From contig OU015569.1 in assembly GCA_907165135.1 (NCBI GenBank), positions 930,001-994,000 on the forward strand: a stretch of DNA of 64,000 bases, given 5' to 3'. The stretch is from Oikopleura dioica. Its lineage: Eukaryota; Animalia; Chordata. Position numbers and translations under genes: made by a program. The notes below the pieces were generated by a model. The model had not been told where the DNA came from and searched no databases. It was given only the letters and a program-made list of their open reading frames with translations. Of this stretch, positions 37,220 through 48,938 are shown piece after piece; position 1 is the stretch's first letter; every line of letters begins with the position of its first letter.

Positions 37220-40200
37220 TATATCAAGCAATTGCTGCTGTGACGACAAATATTACGGCAAGCTGGCTTCCAGAGCGCGCATTATTACAGAATCGAGAGA
37301 ACGAAATTAGCAGTCCCCCTTTTTGTCAGCAGTTCTTCCTATCAAATTAGTGAAGTAGCGGCTGAAATATTAAATGTTCGAAAGAAACAGAATTAATTCC
37401 GATTCCGTTTTTCATCGATAGTAAACCTATTGAAATTTTGGTAGTAGGGGTTATCATTCGAGCTGCCCCTATACCTAGCCAAGGGGGCTACGCCCCCGGG
37501 ACCCCACCCAAGGGTAAACTAAGGGCCCCCTTAAGAGTTTCCTGTCCCTAACCCTAACGTGGGCTCGGCAACCTGTGTAGATAACCTGAGTCAGGGTCAG
37601 AAAGAACTGAAATCAAAAACCGCGTAGCGGCTTTTATAGACGAAGCCGCAAAGCGGCTTCGCAGATATAACTACCTCGATTAATAATTGATTTCTGGCGA
37701 AGCCGCTTTGCGGCTTCGTTTATAAAAAAAAGCCGCGGCTTTTCAATTTAGATCTGTAGACCCTGACTCAGGTTTTCTACACAGGTTGCCAAGCCCAGAC
37801 CCTAACCCTAGCCTAGATTCTAGAGATATCGGATAGCTCAAATCATAGGCTCGAATGATAACCCCTCTCAACGGAAATTTTACATAACAGTCAGTTCGGC
37901 AAAAGAGCTGTCTGAGTTTAATACGCCGCAGAAGTTGAGCTTTTCTCAAAAGCAAAAATGAGCTGTGACCAAAAACGAGGTAACGCTCATTTACAGATCC
38001 ACATAACTAAACGGCTTAATAGCGAGACACTTGCGCTCAGTCTGACTAGACTTGGAACTCGAGAGAGAAGAATGATCACCTGAGTCTCGCCCGGCGCGGC
38101 AGGTCCTTCGGCGACTTCCGCGGCTCTTCTTCTTCTGGACCATTGACCGCCTGAATTAATAAGTTGGCGCGATTAGAGCCACTTGTGGCCTACCGTTACA
38201 TAATCCCTGCGACCCAACACACGTTTCGGCCGTCGAGTTGCAGACCCTCACTTCGCAGTGCAAGTAAATGTACGAGAAGGACTCCGTAAAACGGAACATT
38301 TTGAAGGAAAAGCGAGCGCGGTCCGAAACTCCGTTTTCCAAAATCTAAGTCCGAATTCCACGTTTTTCATGAACGACGCTACGAGTTCGCGCCCAGATGA
38401 ATAGAAAATGTACGAGCTTGAAAGGGTCGATTGCTTAAATTCAACACCACCATCCATCGCGCCATCCAAAGCTGTCACTCTGGCGTACGAACTCGTAGCT
38501 AGGCAGCCATAATATAATATAATACAAAGTTGCAAATTTTGATTAATTTTTCTGAGCTGAGCTGAGCTGACCTATTTCGGAGGTTACTGAGCTGAGCTGG
38601 CATTTTTCAGAGGTCATTGAGCGGAGCTTAGCTGAGCAGACCTTTTGTTTAAGAGAATTGAGCTGAGCTGAGCTGAGCGGACCCTAATTAGAGCTGAGCT
38701 GAGCTGATTGAGCTTAGTTGAGCTGTTTTTTACTGTTTTTTGGTAGTAAAATTGCATTCAAATCATTAAGCTGAGCTAAGTGATAGTTGTCTGAGCTGAG
38801 CAGAACAGATCATGTTCGAAAATAATTGAGCTGAGCTGAACTGAATGAAAATTGTCTGAGCTGAGCTGAGCTGAGCAGATCAGATCATTTTCCAAAATCA
38901 CTGAGCTGAGCTGAGCTGAGCGACTGCTCATATAATTATATAATATAATATATATTATTATATAATATAATCGAAACTTGCGGAATCCAGTCCTGAACAG
39001 TTTCGTCGTCCGGGTGAGTGCACATCGAAGCGATCAAGTTGTGGAGTCTGTTCATGTCGGAGAAGTTCGGCGAGTCCGTCGCAAAACAAGTCTGCAAAAG
39101 TGAAATCATAATTTTTCAAAAAAGAGGATAAATATTTAATCGCTCGGGACTAGTCGCAAGCGTTTTAAAATCCATGTCTTTTTTATCATTTTTGTAACAA
39201 TCTAAAATTCTATCAAGCTTATTTTTTCTAAAGAAATGAGCCAATTCCAATTTATAATTGGAACAAATTAAGGGTACACGACTCATCGTCAAAGATGATA
39301 ACATCCATCTGTAATATCCTGAAGCTCGTGTTCACGTACGTGTCCATGAAAAAAAAAAGAACTACTCGTTAAAACCCTCAGTATTTTAAACAAAAATATA
39401 CCAATTTGAAAGTTCTAGTTTCTAAAAAATAAAGTATCAGAAAACTCGGCTAAATTGGCTATTTTGACGTATTTTTTTGTAAAAAAATTTTCATCGAAAC
39501 AAGTAAAAAGAATAAAAAATAGAATAAGGGTATCACTACTTTAAAGTTTTCTGCTCGAAAATGAAGGTAAAAAGGCCTAGTTTGCTTTTTCGCGTTGGTT
39601 TGGAAAGTACCTGAATGGAAAGTACAATTTCGGGTCGTCTCAGCGGATCGTACATTTCGGTGGACACATAGACTGTTTCATCTAAAAGGGCTCGGCCTGC
39701 GTGTTATTTTTTAAACACAGCTGCGCTCACTAATAATCTCGGCGCTTGGCACTTTTGAAATAAACCCGGCGGTGGAGGGGTCATTTAGGCGCTTCTAAGG
39801 GAATGCCAAAAACTCTAATTAGAGTCGTGTTGCATCACTTAGCTCGTATTATTTGTTAATTTAAGGGAAGTTCGACAATGTTGACATAGTTCGTAATTAG
39901 GTTTTTGTGCTTGATTAGAAATGCAATGGAAGATTGGCTATCAGCCGGATTTACTTTATTCTGCACGGTGACGAGCAATTTCTATTTTAAAAATCCGGCG
40001 GTCAGCAAACGCACGCCTTCCATTCAAGAACCGGATTCCGCGCGTTCCAAACTCATTTTGCCCAAAATTGAAGTTCACTCGCAAAATAGGTCAGCACTCT
40101 GTACCCACTCAAGGACCAACGTAATATTGTTGTTTTTCGACAAACTTCAAGTTTGGGAGTTGACTTTTCAAGTACTGTTTTCCTTTCAAAAAGCAGCCTT

Positions 40201-41790
40201 TTTCCGAGCCCTAATTAAAAATACGCCAGCGCGATTTTCCAGCCGCTCGGATTCTTGAAATTGAGGAGTCTTCAAGTTCAGTTAAACAGCTGCCCGACTG
40301 TACTAAACTGGGCTCGGCAACCTGAGTAAAAAGCCTGAGTCAGGGTTCTAAAAGAGTAAATTGAAAAGCCGCGTAGTAACCAAACTCAAGTAACCAACTC
40401 AATGAATTATTTTAACTTGCGAAGCCGCTTCGCGGCTTCGTTTAAAAGCCGCTACGCGGCTTTTCATTTTACTCTTTTAGAACCCTGACTCAGGCTTTCT
40501 ACTCAGGTTGCCGAGCTCAGGTACTAAAGAGGGAAGTAACTGTAAACTGCTTCCTTGTACAGCTTCATATCGACGTCGAATTTGCCCATTTTCGTGTCGA
40601 ATTGGAGGGTTCTATAAGAATGTTTTTAAGAATCGTTTTAAGTTCCTTTGAATTTCTCGAATTAAATATTTATTCGAGGATGGAGCCACGAAGTACCTCT
40701 TGACAGGTGTAATCCCTTCGTTGTAGGACACAATATATTTGTCTTCGTAGACACAGCGAAAGTGGAGCAACGTCAGATCGCGGTTTTTGTCGAGCTTTAA
40801 AGGGTTGACGGATGTGAACGAAAAACGCGCAACTTGATTCAAAGAGTCAATTCAAAATGCAAGTACTTTTGACCAGTTGTGGCTTTCTTCCACTGAAGAT
40901 CACGGTAATTAGAGGCCACGTTGCAGAGAAACGTTTAAGGGGGTAGATATCAAGAATTGGATTTGCTGTCAATGTTTTCTCAAATTTTTAACATAGTGAC
41001 CCCCTTATTTTTTCTGCTCAAAATTTATTTCAGGCAGTTATCTATTTCCTATTGAAGCCAAAAATTAAGATTTCTCGAGCTTTCGAGGTGCTAGAATGCA
41101 AATCTGACACGTCCGATTGTCGCCAAAATGACCATTTTAGGAAAGTTAGCGATCTTTGATGAACAATTTTGTTAAAATTTTTTGAAATTCAAATTTTCGG
41201 CTTCCACAAGAAATAGAGAAAGGTCTAAAGTTTTTGTTTCCAGAGTAAAATAAGGGTGTCACTATTTCAACTTTGGGAGAAAAGCCTGACGGAAAATGGC
41301 GATTCTTGATATCTACCCCTTAACTGATTTATACAGTTTTGAACCTTCAATTTGCTAGATGACGAAAACGTGTGGCCTTTGCGTGAGTGAGACGAAACAA
41401 TTCGTCTACTATAGTTTTTGTAAAAATAAACATATATTATGGGCGCAAATAGAGCCTTGTCAGCAGGTTCGCGTAACTTTTCCAGCGCTCGATTATTCAA
41501 ATAATTATGGAAGGAAAAAGAAAAAGAAATAGTTGCTCAACAAAAGATTACATTTTCGGAAATGCGCGAAATGCACTGCCAGTTGTTGCTAATGCATTTT
41601 TCCAGGCCAGCGTTCAAAGTAACCCGTGGCCGACCGCGATATCGATAAAAACAGCGTGGAAACGTAAACGCGCGTCTGTAGCCGTGCACCGTTCCTGTAA
41701 CATGATTTGATTTGTGTAGACGAAATCCTCGGTGTCGTGGACCACGTTTGTCCCGCAGCTAGTGAATGGAAAAAGAGTGTAAGCTTGTAC
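37220..41790 (-). CDS. ZP-domain protein (end of ZP-N, ZP-C, furin site, hydrophobic tail)
   Basis: FPFTSCGT...FVYTNQI, HFRCVYED, GKFDVDMKLY, TCFATDS, ARFSFKMFRF...YLHCEVRVC, and RRRR furin site. The 5' end was not found nearby. Confidence 0.8.
37440..37873. mobile_element. MITE family C (TSD GAAATTTT) with nested family A copy at 37559-37798 (TSD ACCCTAAC)
   Basis: Both 8 bp duplications are readable directly in the sequence. Confidence 0.85.
38527..38930. mobile_element. MITE family B copy
   Basis: AAAGTTGCAAATTTT start and CTGAG arrays, in a ZP gene intron. Confidence 0.75.
40308..40520. mobile_element. MITE family A copy with perfect 8 bp TSD
   Basis: GTACTAAA|CTGGGCTCGG ... CCGAGCTCAG|GTACTAAA. 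An 8 bp TSD fits hAT/P/Merlin-type mobilisation. Confidence 0.88.
40939..41319. mobile_element. MITE family D copy, TTAA TSD
   Basis: TTAA|GGGGGTAGATATCAAG ... CTTGATATCTACCCC|TTAA. Internal sequence is inverted relative to the 16674 copy. Confidence 0.85.
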
Positions 41791-41949
41791 TAACACTGTT
41801 TACAACACCACTCGGGAAACGGATCATTATTAATTGGGGCTCTTATTGCTCAACATATATTACAAAATTATTAATTACGAAAACGAGAGGGGGCATTCAA
41901 GTTGAAAATTTAATTGCCAAAGAAAGAAAGATTTACTGCTAGGGTTTTT

Positions 41950-44055
41950 ACGGGACAAACCAAGAAAAGGAATAGTATTTTTGAAAGACCAATAAGATTG
42001 CTGTATTTGGCCTACAAGCCAATCAAAACCCAGATCCAGAAAATCACTTTCTTTTCTTGGTTCTGTGGCAAAAAAGGGATGATTTCAAAAACTTTTGCGG
42101 AGCCGGAAATCATGAAAAAGTGCTAGTGCAGTTTTGTCGAGCTCGTCGAGACGAGTCGATTGGTATAGGTCACTTTTGAAAATTTTAAGGATTTACCGGT
42201 TAACCGGCTGGTTACCGGAAATCACGTTGTCAGCTCCCGTTTTTGTTTTAGTCGACGGATTTTCATGTTTGAAGTGTCAAAATGATCCTTATGATCAGGG
42301 CTACTGTAGCCTCCGAGATGAGCCCCATATCTCAACTCCTGCCGAGCTTATCACTAAAAGTTTGATTTTTACGCACTTTTTCAGTTTGAAAGTTCATAAA
42401 GTAAAATTTGTACGGTAAATACTAATAATTTTTGCGGTTTTGATAGAGAATTCAAAATTAATAATACCGACCGGTCAAAACTTTGTAACCAGCCGGTAAA
42501 AAGCGCTAAATCGAAATTATGCCCTCAAAAACCACTTTTGTGATTATATTCACACAGATATGTGAATTTCTGGAAATATAAATTATTCTAATGGTGATTT
42601 TTCGGAAACAAGGGATATAATGATGATAATGCGCTTTTACGCATCTTCAGCGGCCAAATGAAGTGCAGAGGACTCCGGCAACACAAGTTAAACTACCATT
42701 AAGTGCTAGAAGAAGACTTCGCTATAAAAAGTCTCAGAAAATGCGGACTAAGGTATTTAGATCTCTATTCAATTTTTGATCGAGCCTTTTCACTGACTTC
42801 TTTGAAGAAATAAATTCCAACGACACAACCTAAGACAGAATGATCTGTCGCCAGAATCGTGAATGTAAAAGCTTCGCCAAGAACTGAGTTCGCATAGAGC
42901 CAGCAGAGGAAAGCAACAGCCCAGGTTGTTCCAGTTATCATTGCTGGAATCACTGCTTACGGTTATAAATCTGGTTTACCCTAATAGGAACAGAATTAGT
43001 TCTTACTCTCAAAAGGAGAAATATTATTTTTCTCTCTTCATTTCTCTTAAATTAATTTTCCGTAGCGAGTCCCTGGAAAATCTCAAACTCTAAGTAGAAA
43101 AATATCGATAAAAGAGTTGTATAACTGAGATAAATGATGTGAGTGAGAATAACGGGGAAGCTTTCAGTTCGAGCGGGGTCTTTAAAGTAGACAGTCCAGC
43201 CAGATTTTTCGTCCTTGATTCTACATTTTAATTCTCGGCAAGCCGCTCATCTATTTGTGTTAATTCAACCAACTGTGAGAGATCTAACAAGCCTGCACGA
43301 TTATGAGTACTGCTAGAAATCACGAGTTAGTTAGAAAGACTCATGGATCTAATGAGAATATTCATCACCTGATTCCTGGCATCGAGGGCTCGAAGCTGTA
43401 TAATTTATTTAGCATCACTACTAGAATAATTTATATTTCCAGAAATTCACATATCTGTGTGAATATAATCAAAAAGTGGTTTTTGAGGGCATAATTTCGA
43501 TTTAGCGCTTTTTTACCGGCTGGTTACAAAGTTTTGACCGGTCGGTATTATTAATTTTGAATTCTCTATCAAAACCGCAAAAATTATTAGTATTTACCGT
43601 ACAAATTTTACTTTATGAACTTTCAAACTGAAAAAGTGCGTAAAAATCAAACTTTTAGTGATAAGCTCGGCAGGAGTTGAGATATGGGGCTCATCTCGGA
43701 GGCTACAGTAGCCCTGATCATAAGGATCATTTTGACACTTCAAACATGAAAATCCGTCGACTAGAACAAAAACGGGAGCTGACAACGTGATTTCCGGTAA
43801 CCAGCCGGTTAACCGGTAAATCCTTAAAATTTTCAAAAGTGACCTATACCAATCGACTCGTCTCGACGAGCTCGACAAAACTGCACAAGCACTTTTTCAT
43901 GATTTCCGGCTCCGCAAAAAGTTTTTGAAATCATCAGGGGTTAGACCAATTTATGGAATTGATTTTATAGATCAGGGTTTTGATTGGCCAGTAGGCCAAA
44001 TACAGCAATCTTATTGGTTATCCAAAAATGCGCTTCCATAAATTGGTTTAGTCCA
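41950..44055. mobile_element. Long-inverted-repeat (foldback-like) element with ~600 bp arms
   Basis: Arms ~41988-42598 and ~43414-44018. The near-identical core 42078-42590 / 43422-43935 gives identical mirror ORFs at 42134 and 43594. A related terminal sequence also occurs at ~26745-26870. Confidence 0.85.
42650..43230 (-). pseudogene. TMEM144-like 3' gene fragment with in-frame stops
   Basis: GKPDL*P*AVIPAMITGTTWAVAFLCWLYANSVLG...VVGIYFFKEV, then LLLALNGSLTCVAGVLCTSFGR*. Resembles the TMEM144 C-terminal helices from memory. TAA at 42963-42965 and 42957-42959. Confidence 0.6.
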
Positions 44056-44136
44056 AAAAAAGGTTAAAACTTTCTTCAACAACTAAAATCTTTGAATCTT
44101 TGAGTCGATGATACCTAAACTCTTGTATTATTTTTG

Positions 44137-44402
44137 GAATATAGGATAAGGATTAGCAGCTCCATGGCTCGGCGAGCTCGGATTAGCAGCGAAGGAAGCA
44201 GGAGCGCCATGACCTAGTTCTAGAAGCGGGAGGTGACACGGGCGTAAGAGAGCGAGTCACAAAAAGAAGCTGCTAGGAATCACGCAAGTCAGTTCCGAAA
44301 ATTATAGCCCCAGGCTATAATTTCTAATAGGGAAGGTTAAGAGAATTTTGAGAGCCGCCAAACTCGCGCAGCCGAGATTTCAAACAACTCTCAAAAAACT
44401 CA
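44137..44402 (+). repeat. Split direct repeat A1
   Basis: Identical by eye to 58540-58805. Confidence 0.95.
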
Positions 44403-45064
44403 TAAGGTAGACCATCATTTGGATTCTTACCACCTTTCCCAGTCCCAAGGACTTAAAATACCTAGTCCGTTTTAAGACTATAAACTAAAATTCACCTTCA
44501 GTCTCAGGACTTTAAACCCTAAGTCCGAAAAGACTTCCAAAACTAGAAAGTCTCACTCAGACTAAAAACTTAGCCCTGCGGGAATAAGGAAGCTCTAAGT
44601 CCTGGTGACTATAAAATTTTATTCTTTCCAAAAAATCTTTGGATAAGACGCTCCTTACTCCAGATTAACTTCCGCTAAGAGATGCGAACATATATCGTTT
44701 TCTCCTACACGCAGCCCAGAAGCTCAGCTCAAGAACACAAGCGGCAAGTTCAAACCCCAAGGGAACTAGGGCGAGCCGGGAGAGCGCAGCAGCCCAGCAG
44801 CTTCTTTTGATTCAAAATGCGCGCGCAGCAGGTCCCAGAACCAATAAGCGCGGGGCATTTTCAGGCTAGCGCAAAAACAGCCAAAACAGCCACCATTAAA
44901 AAAAAGAAGCTCAGAGAAAGGAAAGCAAAAGAAAAAATAAAGAACTCATTCTCTTTCTCTCTGCTCAGCTATCTACTGTGCGCACCCAAGAATCTTTTGA
45001 TCTTCCCAGCTGCTTCTGAAGCGAAGTTTTGAAGCTTCAAACCTTCGATTTCCGTATTTAGTGA

Positions 45065-48000
45065 ATGTTCGGAGAATCGTTCGTGAAAGCAGCCAAAAAT
45101 TACGCACCGAAATGGGGCCTAGCTTCCGATGCAACGCCAAAAGTGCCGCTCGAACATGCAGCTAAACATCTCCAAAAACTGGAGAAATCAATCTCCAGGA
45201 AAAGGCTCAAAAAAGAAATTGAAATTATCCCTTCTTTTTCCGTAAGAAAAGAAATCTTAAGCCTAATTCAAGGAACGACCTTCTCATGGACGCGATCATT
45301 GACTGGATGAGAATCTCCAGAACAATCCTCCTCTCGGGAGACGAGGAAATCAGAATCATCAGACTCTTCGTACTCTCCGACGTCCATAGCATCCTTGCGA
45401 ATCAGAATCTGGCTTTCAACCCGAAAACGCCAGAAAAGGCGAAGCTTCAATTCGAAGAATTAGCGTCCTGGTGCAAGATAATCTTCTGCTCCTCGAGTGG
45501 AAAGCAATCACTGTGGCTGACACCGAAGCAAAATAACCCGGCAAAGACGCTGGAACTCATCTCGGAGAACATTGCAGCCGCTGAAGGTAGAACGCTGGAA
45601 GATTGGCAGCTAGAATCTGCACCCAACCCTTTCAATCCATCAGTAAGCCCAACGAAGCTGACCATAAGGGGCACACCAGAGCTTCACCCAAGCGTCGATC
45701 TGGAAAAATTTCCAAGCTTCTCAGAGCTCCTGAACGAGATCAGAGCGGAAGGAAAAAGAGAAGTACCGCTAAAAATAGTGGCACGCAAGATTCAAAAGCC
45801 GCTCAGCAGCAGAAGCAGCGAGAAACTCCGCCTTTCTTCAGCCCCAGATCCGGAAGAAGCAAACAGACTTTTCCCAACGGCTCTCTTGGAAGAATTTTCC
45901 AAAAGACAAGCGTTACGCGCGGAAGAGTGGTTCACGGTCTGGGAGGACCTAGCTTACGATCAAGTCTTGGACCAGGGCTTCTGGCACGATGTCTGCTTCC
46001 AAATCATCAAGGAAAACCCGTCCAAAGCTCAAGCAGACTACGAACACCAAGGTTTCAATAGCCGCTCGTGGCTCGGAAAGCTGATAACTAAAGGACTCGA
46101 AGAAATCTTCAACGCAATCTACAAGATAGAAGCCCAGCCAACACCGTCAGAAATTCTGGCAAAACTCCAGATGCTTAAAGCCTCAAAAACCTGGCACAGC
46201 ATTTGCCACAGGGAGAACGCGTGGCTAAGCCTCAAAAGCTGCGAAGACACGAAATGGGCCAGAGAACCACCAAAAAACAGCGACGCCTGGATTCCGGAAG
46301 TGCTAGGAGAGTTTAATCATCAAGATTCCAGACTACCCTGCTCAACGCCGCTTACGAGAATACTCTCACAGCTCGTCCTCCACCTGACTCACGCGCAGCT
46401 CACGAATGATAGCATCGTGGGACAAGACGGCGAATGCTGCGAAATGATCACCCAGTGGCACTCGTCATGGAAAGAGCTGACGGAGGCAAAAACGCTGGTA
46501 CCATGGCTCAAAGCTGCAGCCAAAAAATATACTCCGTTGGACTCGACTCTCCGAATCAAGAAAGTAGGAGAGGGCAAGAATAACTGGACCATGTGGATCC
46601 CACATAAAGCAGCTCCGCAGCTTTGGATCGTATGCTATGGCGACGAAAATCCTGCAAGACGGGAAAAAGCGCTTCTGGCTCTGGCAGAACACCCAGTCCT
46701 CAACGAAAAAGAAGCCGGCATGCTCAAAAATCTGGCAAGCAAAAACTGGTCGAAGGAGAACTGCGAGGAATGCATCCAAAGCTTCAACAACCCGAAGAAC
46801 TTCTGGGGAAAGGACAGATGCATAGTCGGCACCGCAAGACCAACAACCACCCAGAAGCAGCTGCTCGACGTAATGGTCAGAATAATAAGAACTTTAAACC
46901 AGCATCCTGAAGTCCCAAGAGACGTAACGCACCACCTAAAAATCCTCACCACCGGATGGAAATGGCCAACGGGGGGAAAGTTTAGCCCCTCTCCAATTAT
47001 CGAAAGATTCACAGATGCCTGGCTGTTCTATAGAACCAAAGCAGCTGAAGACACAAAATTGGCCGTCGAAGCAGAAGCAGAAGCTAAAAGAATCTGGAGC
47101 TGCAAGTGGCCGCTGTGCAAAAAAGATGCCTGGTGCGAGAAGCATGGCCTAAAACTGGAAATCTGTGAGAAGAGAAAACAAGATTGCCAAGAACTCCACG
47201 AAGAAAAAGCTGCTGCCATCTCAAAAGGAAGGCCTCGGCGTAAAGCCTTAAAAATCACCGACGAGGAATGGCAAAACCTCCACCAAGATCTCTCCAAACT
47301 CTTCAGCAAGATTTCCCCAAAAGCGGCATCGGCAAGCCTGATCGAAAAACTTCAAGACACAGAAGTAGAAGGCTTCGACTCGATCATCGAAGCCTGGAAA
47401 TCAACGGAAATCCTTCTTGGAGGCGGCAACGAAAAGATAGCCGACTTCGCCAGAAGATTCAAAGCGTCAGACTCGACCGTCAAAAAGCGGGAGAGAACGG
47501 AAAATCCCTTTCAAAAAGGCCTGGTCATCTACCACAGTGCGCTCCAATACACCAGGAACGGATTCGCAGCTTTCCCAATCAGACGCAGCGCGAAAGCGCT
47601 GAATGAACCTCTCAAGATCTTAGCAGAAAGCATCACGGAGGTCAAGAAAGGCGACTGGCAGCAAGTAGCAGCCCTAATTGGACGAACAGCAGCGAAGCTA
47701 GACGATATAATCATCGTTCTGCCAAGCGAGGAAGATGCAGAAAGCCTCCGTAAGCAGCTCTGCCAAACCATTTTCAATGCGAAATTGGTAACGCTGGCAG
47801 AAAGCGAAAACCTTCATGCAAGATTCAAGGACGACGAGGAAAGAATCACAGGCATCTGGAAAATCGCGACTGTAGCCTGCGACGGCGAATACGACTCAGT
47901 CTTTATGCCGTGCTGGGCGCACCCGAGAGTCGCGGAACTAATGTTCAGAGTCTGCAATAACCGAGCCACGAAAAACTGGACAATTGGAGCGGCAAAGAAG

Positions 48001-48285
48001 TTCCAACTCAGAAGCAATAAAGCATCTTGGGAAGAAGTAGCTGCTGAAAAGCTCGACATAAGCATCAGCGGCCCATTCACCACCCATATCAGGGACATCC
48101 TCATGGACGGAGTCAAAGCTGCCGGCAGTTTCACCGCGAAAGAAGATCTCCCAGCTGCGGAACCGGAAAATTTCTTTCCGAATATCTGGACGCCGGCCCA
48201 ACAGGAAAGAGTCCAAAGAAAAAGAGAGAATCGGGAAATCCTTCCGGCCATAAAAAGTAAAAAAAAGGGGCCTAGGTCGACATAA
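45065..48285 (+). CDS. Element ORF-A, ~1048 aa, unknown function
   Basis: 999-codon ORF from 45286, extendable to ATG 45065 through an in-frame GA-AG intron at 45199-45272. Cys/His cluster CKWPLCKKDAWCEKH..C. Confidence 0.8.
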
Positions 48286-48938
48286 AGATTCTAGCAGCTC
48301 AGACTCGATAAAAGACGCTTGAAGAAAGACTGGCACGACTCCTTAGCGAAGGTTAAAGAATACACCGCCGCTAAGCCTAGAAAAATCCCACTCAGGAAAG
48401 GAAAAACTCAAAATTAAAAGAATTTTCGCCTAATTTTTCCACCGCCAACTTTATGAGACTCATATTTTACCATAGGAAGAGAGTTTTCCTAGAAAAAAGC
48501 AGCCCAAATAGAATCCACCAATTTTCCAAAGCAGCAGAATCAAAATCCTTCAAAACAGCGCCGGAGCCAATCAGCGCGCGGCGCGGCGCGGAGGCAGAGA
48601 AGCGAAAAAAGGAAAAGGAGAAAAAGAGAAAAAGGGAAACCTAGCGGAAAAAGAGAAAAACTCCTAAAAAAGAGAGAAAACGACCACACAAGAGGAAAAT
48701 AAGAGAAAAAAGCTGCAAAACAAGCCGCCAAAAACAAAGCTGCTAGTTTTTTATTATTTTCCCGAGAAATTTCGCCTCTTTTTTCCTTCTCAAATTTCCT
48801 CCCCTCCCATATTTCATTTTTAATTCCGCCAAAAATTCATTTTAGCTGCAAAATTTTAGCTGCTTCTACAAAATTTTGTTCACAAAAAAAGAAAAACTTT
48901 CCCCAATAACAAAAAATTCTTTTACAGACTCGGAAAAC

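Noticed and set aside
42957-42965. TAA codon reassignment suggested by two in-frame stops
   Set aside because: Other genes in the window terminate normally at TAA. Pseudogenisation is simpler.
42134-43878. Two identical 94 aa ORFs on opposite strands
   Set aside because: A by-product of the inverted repeat arms. Non-ATG starts and no domain.
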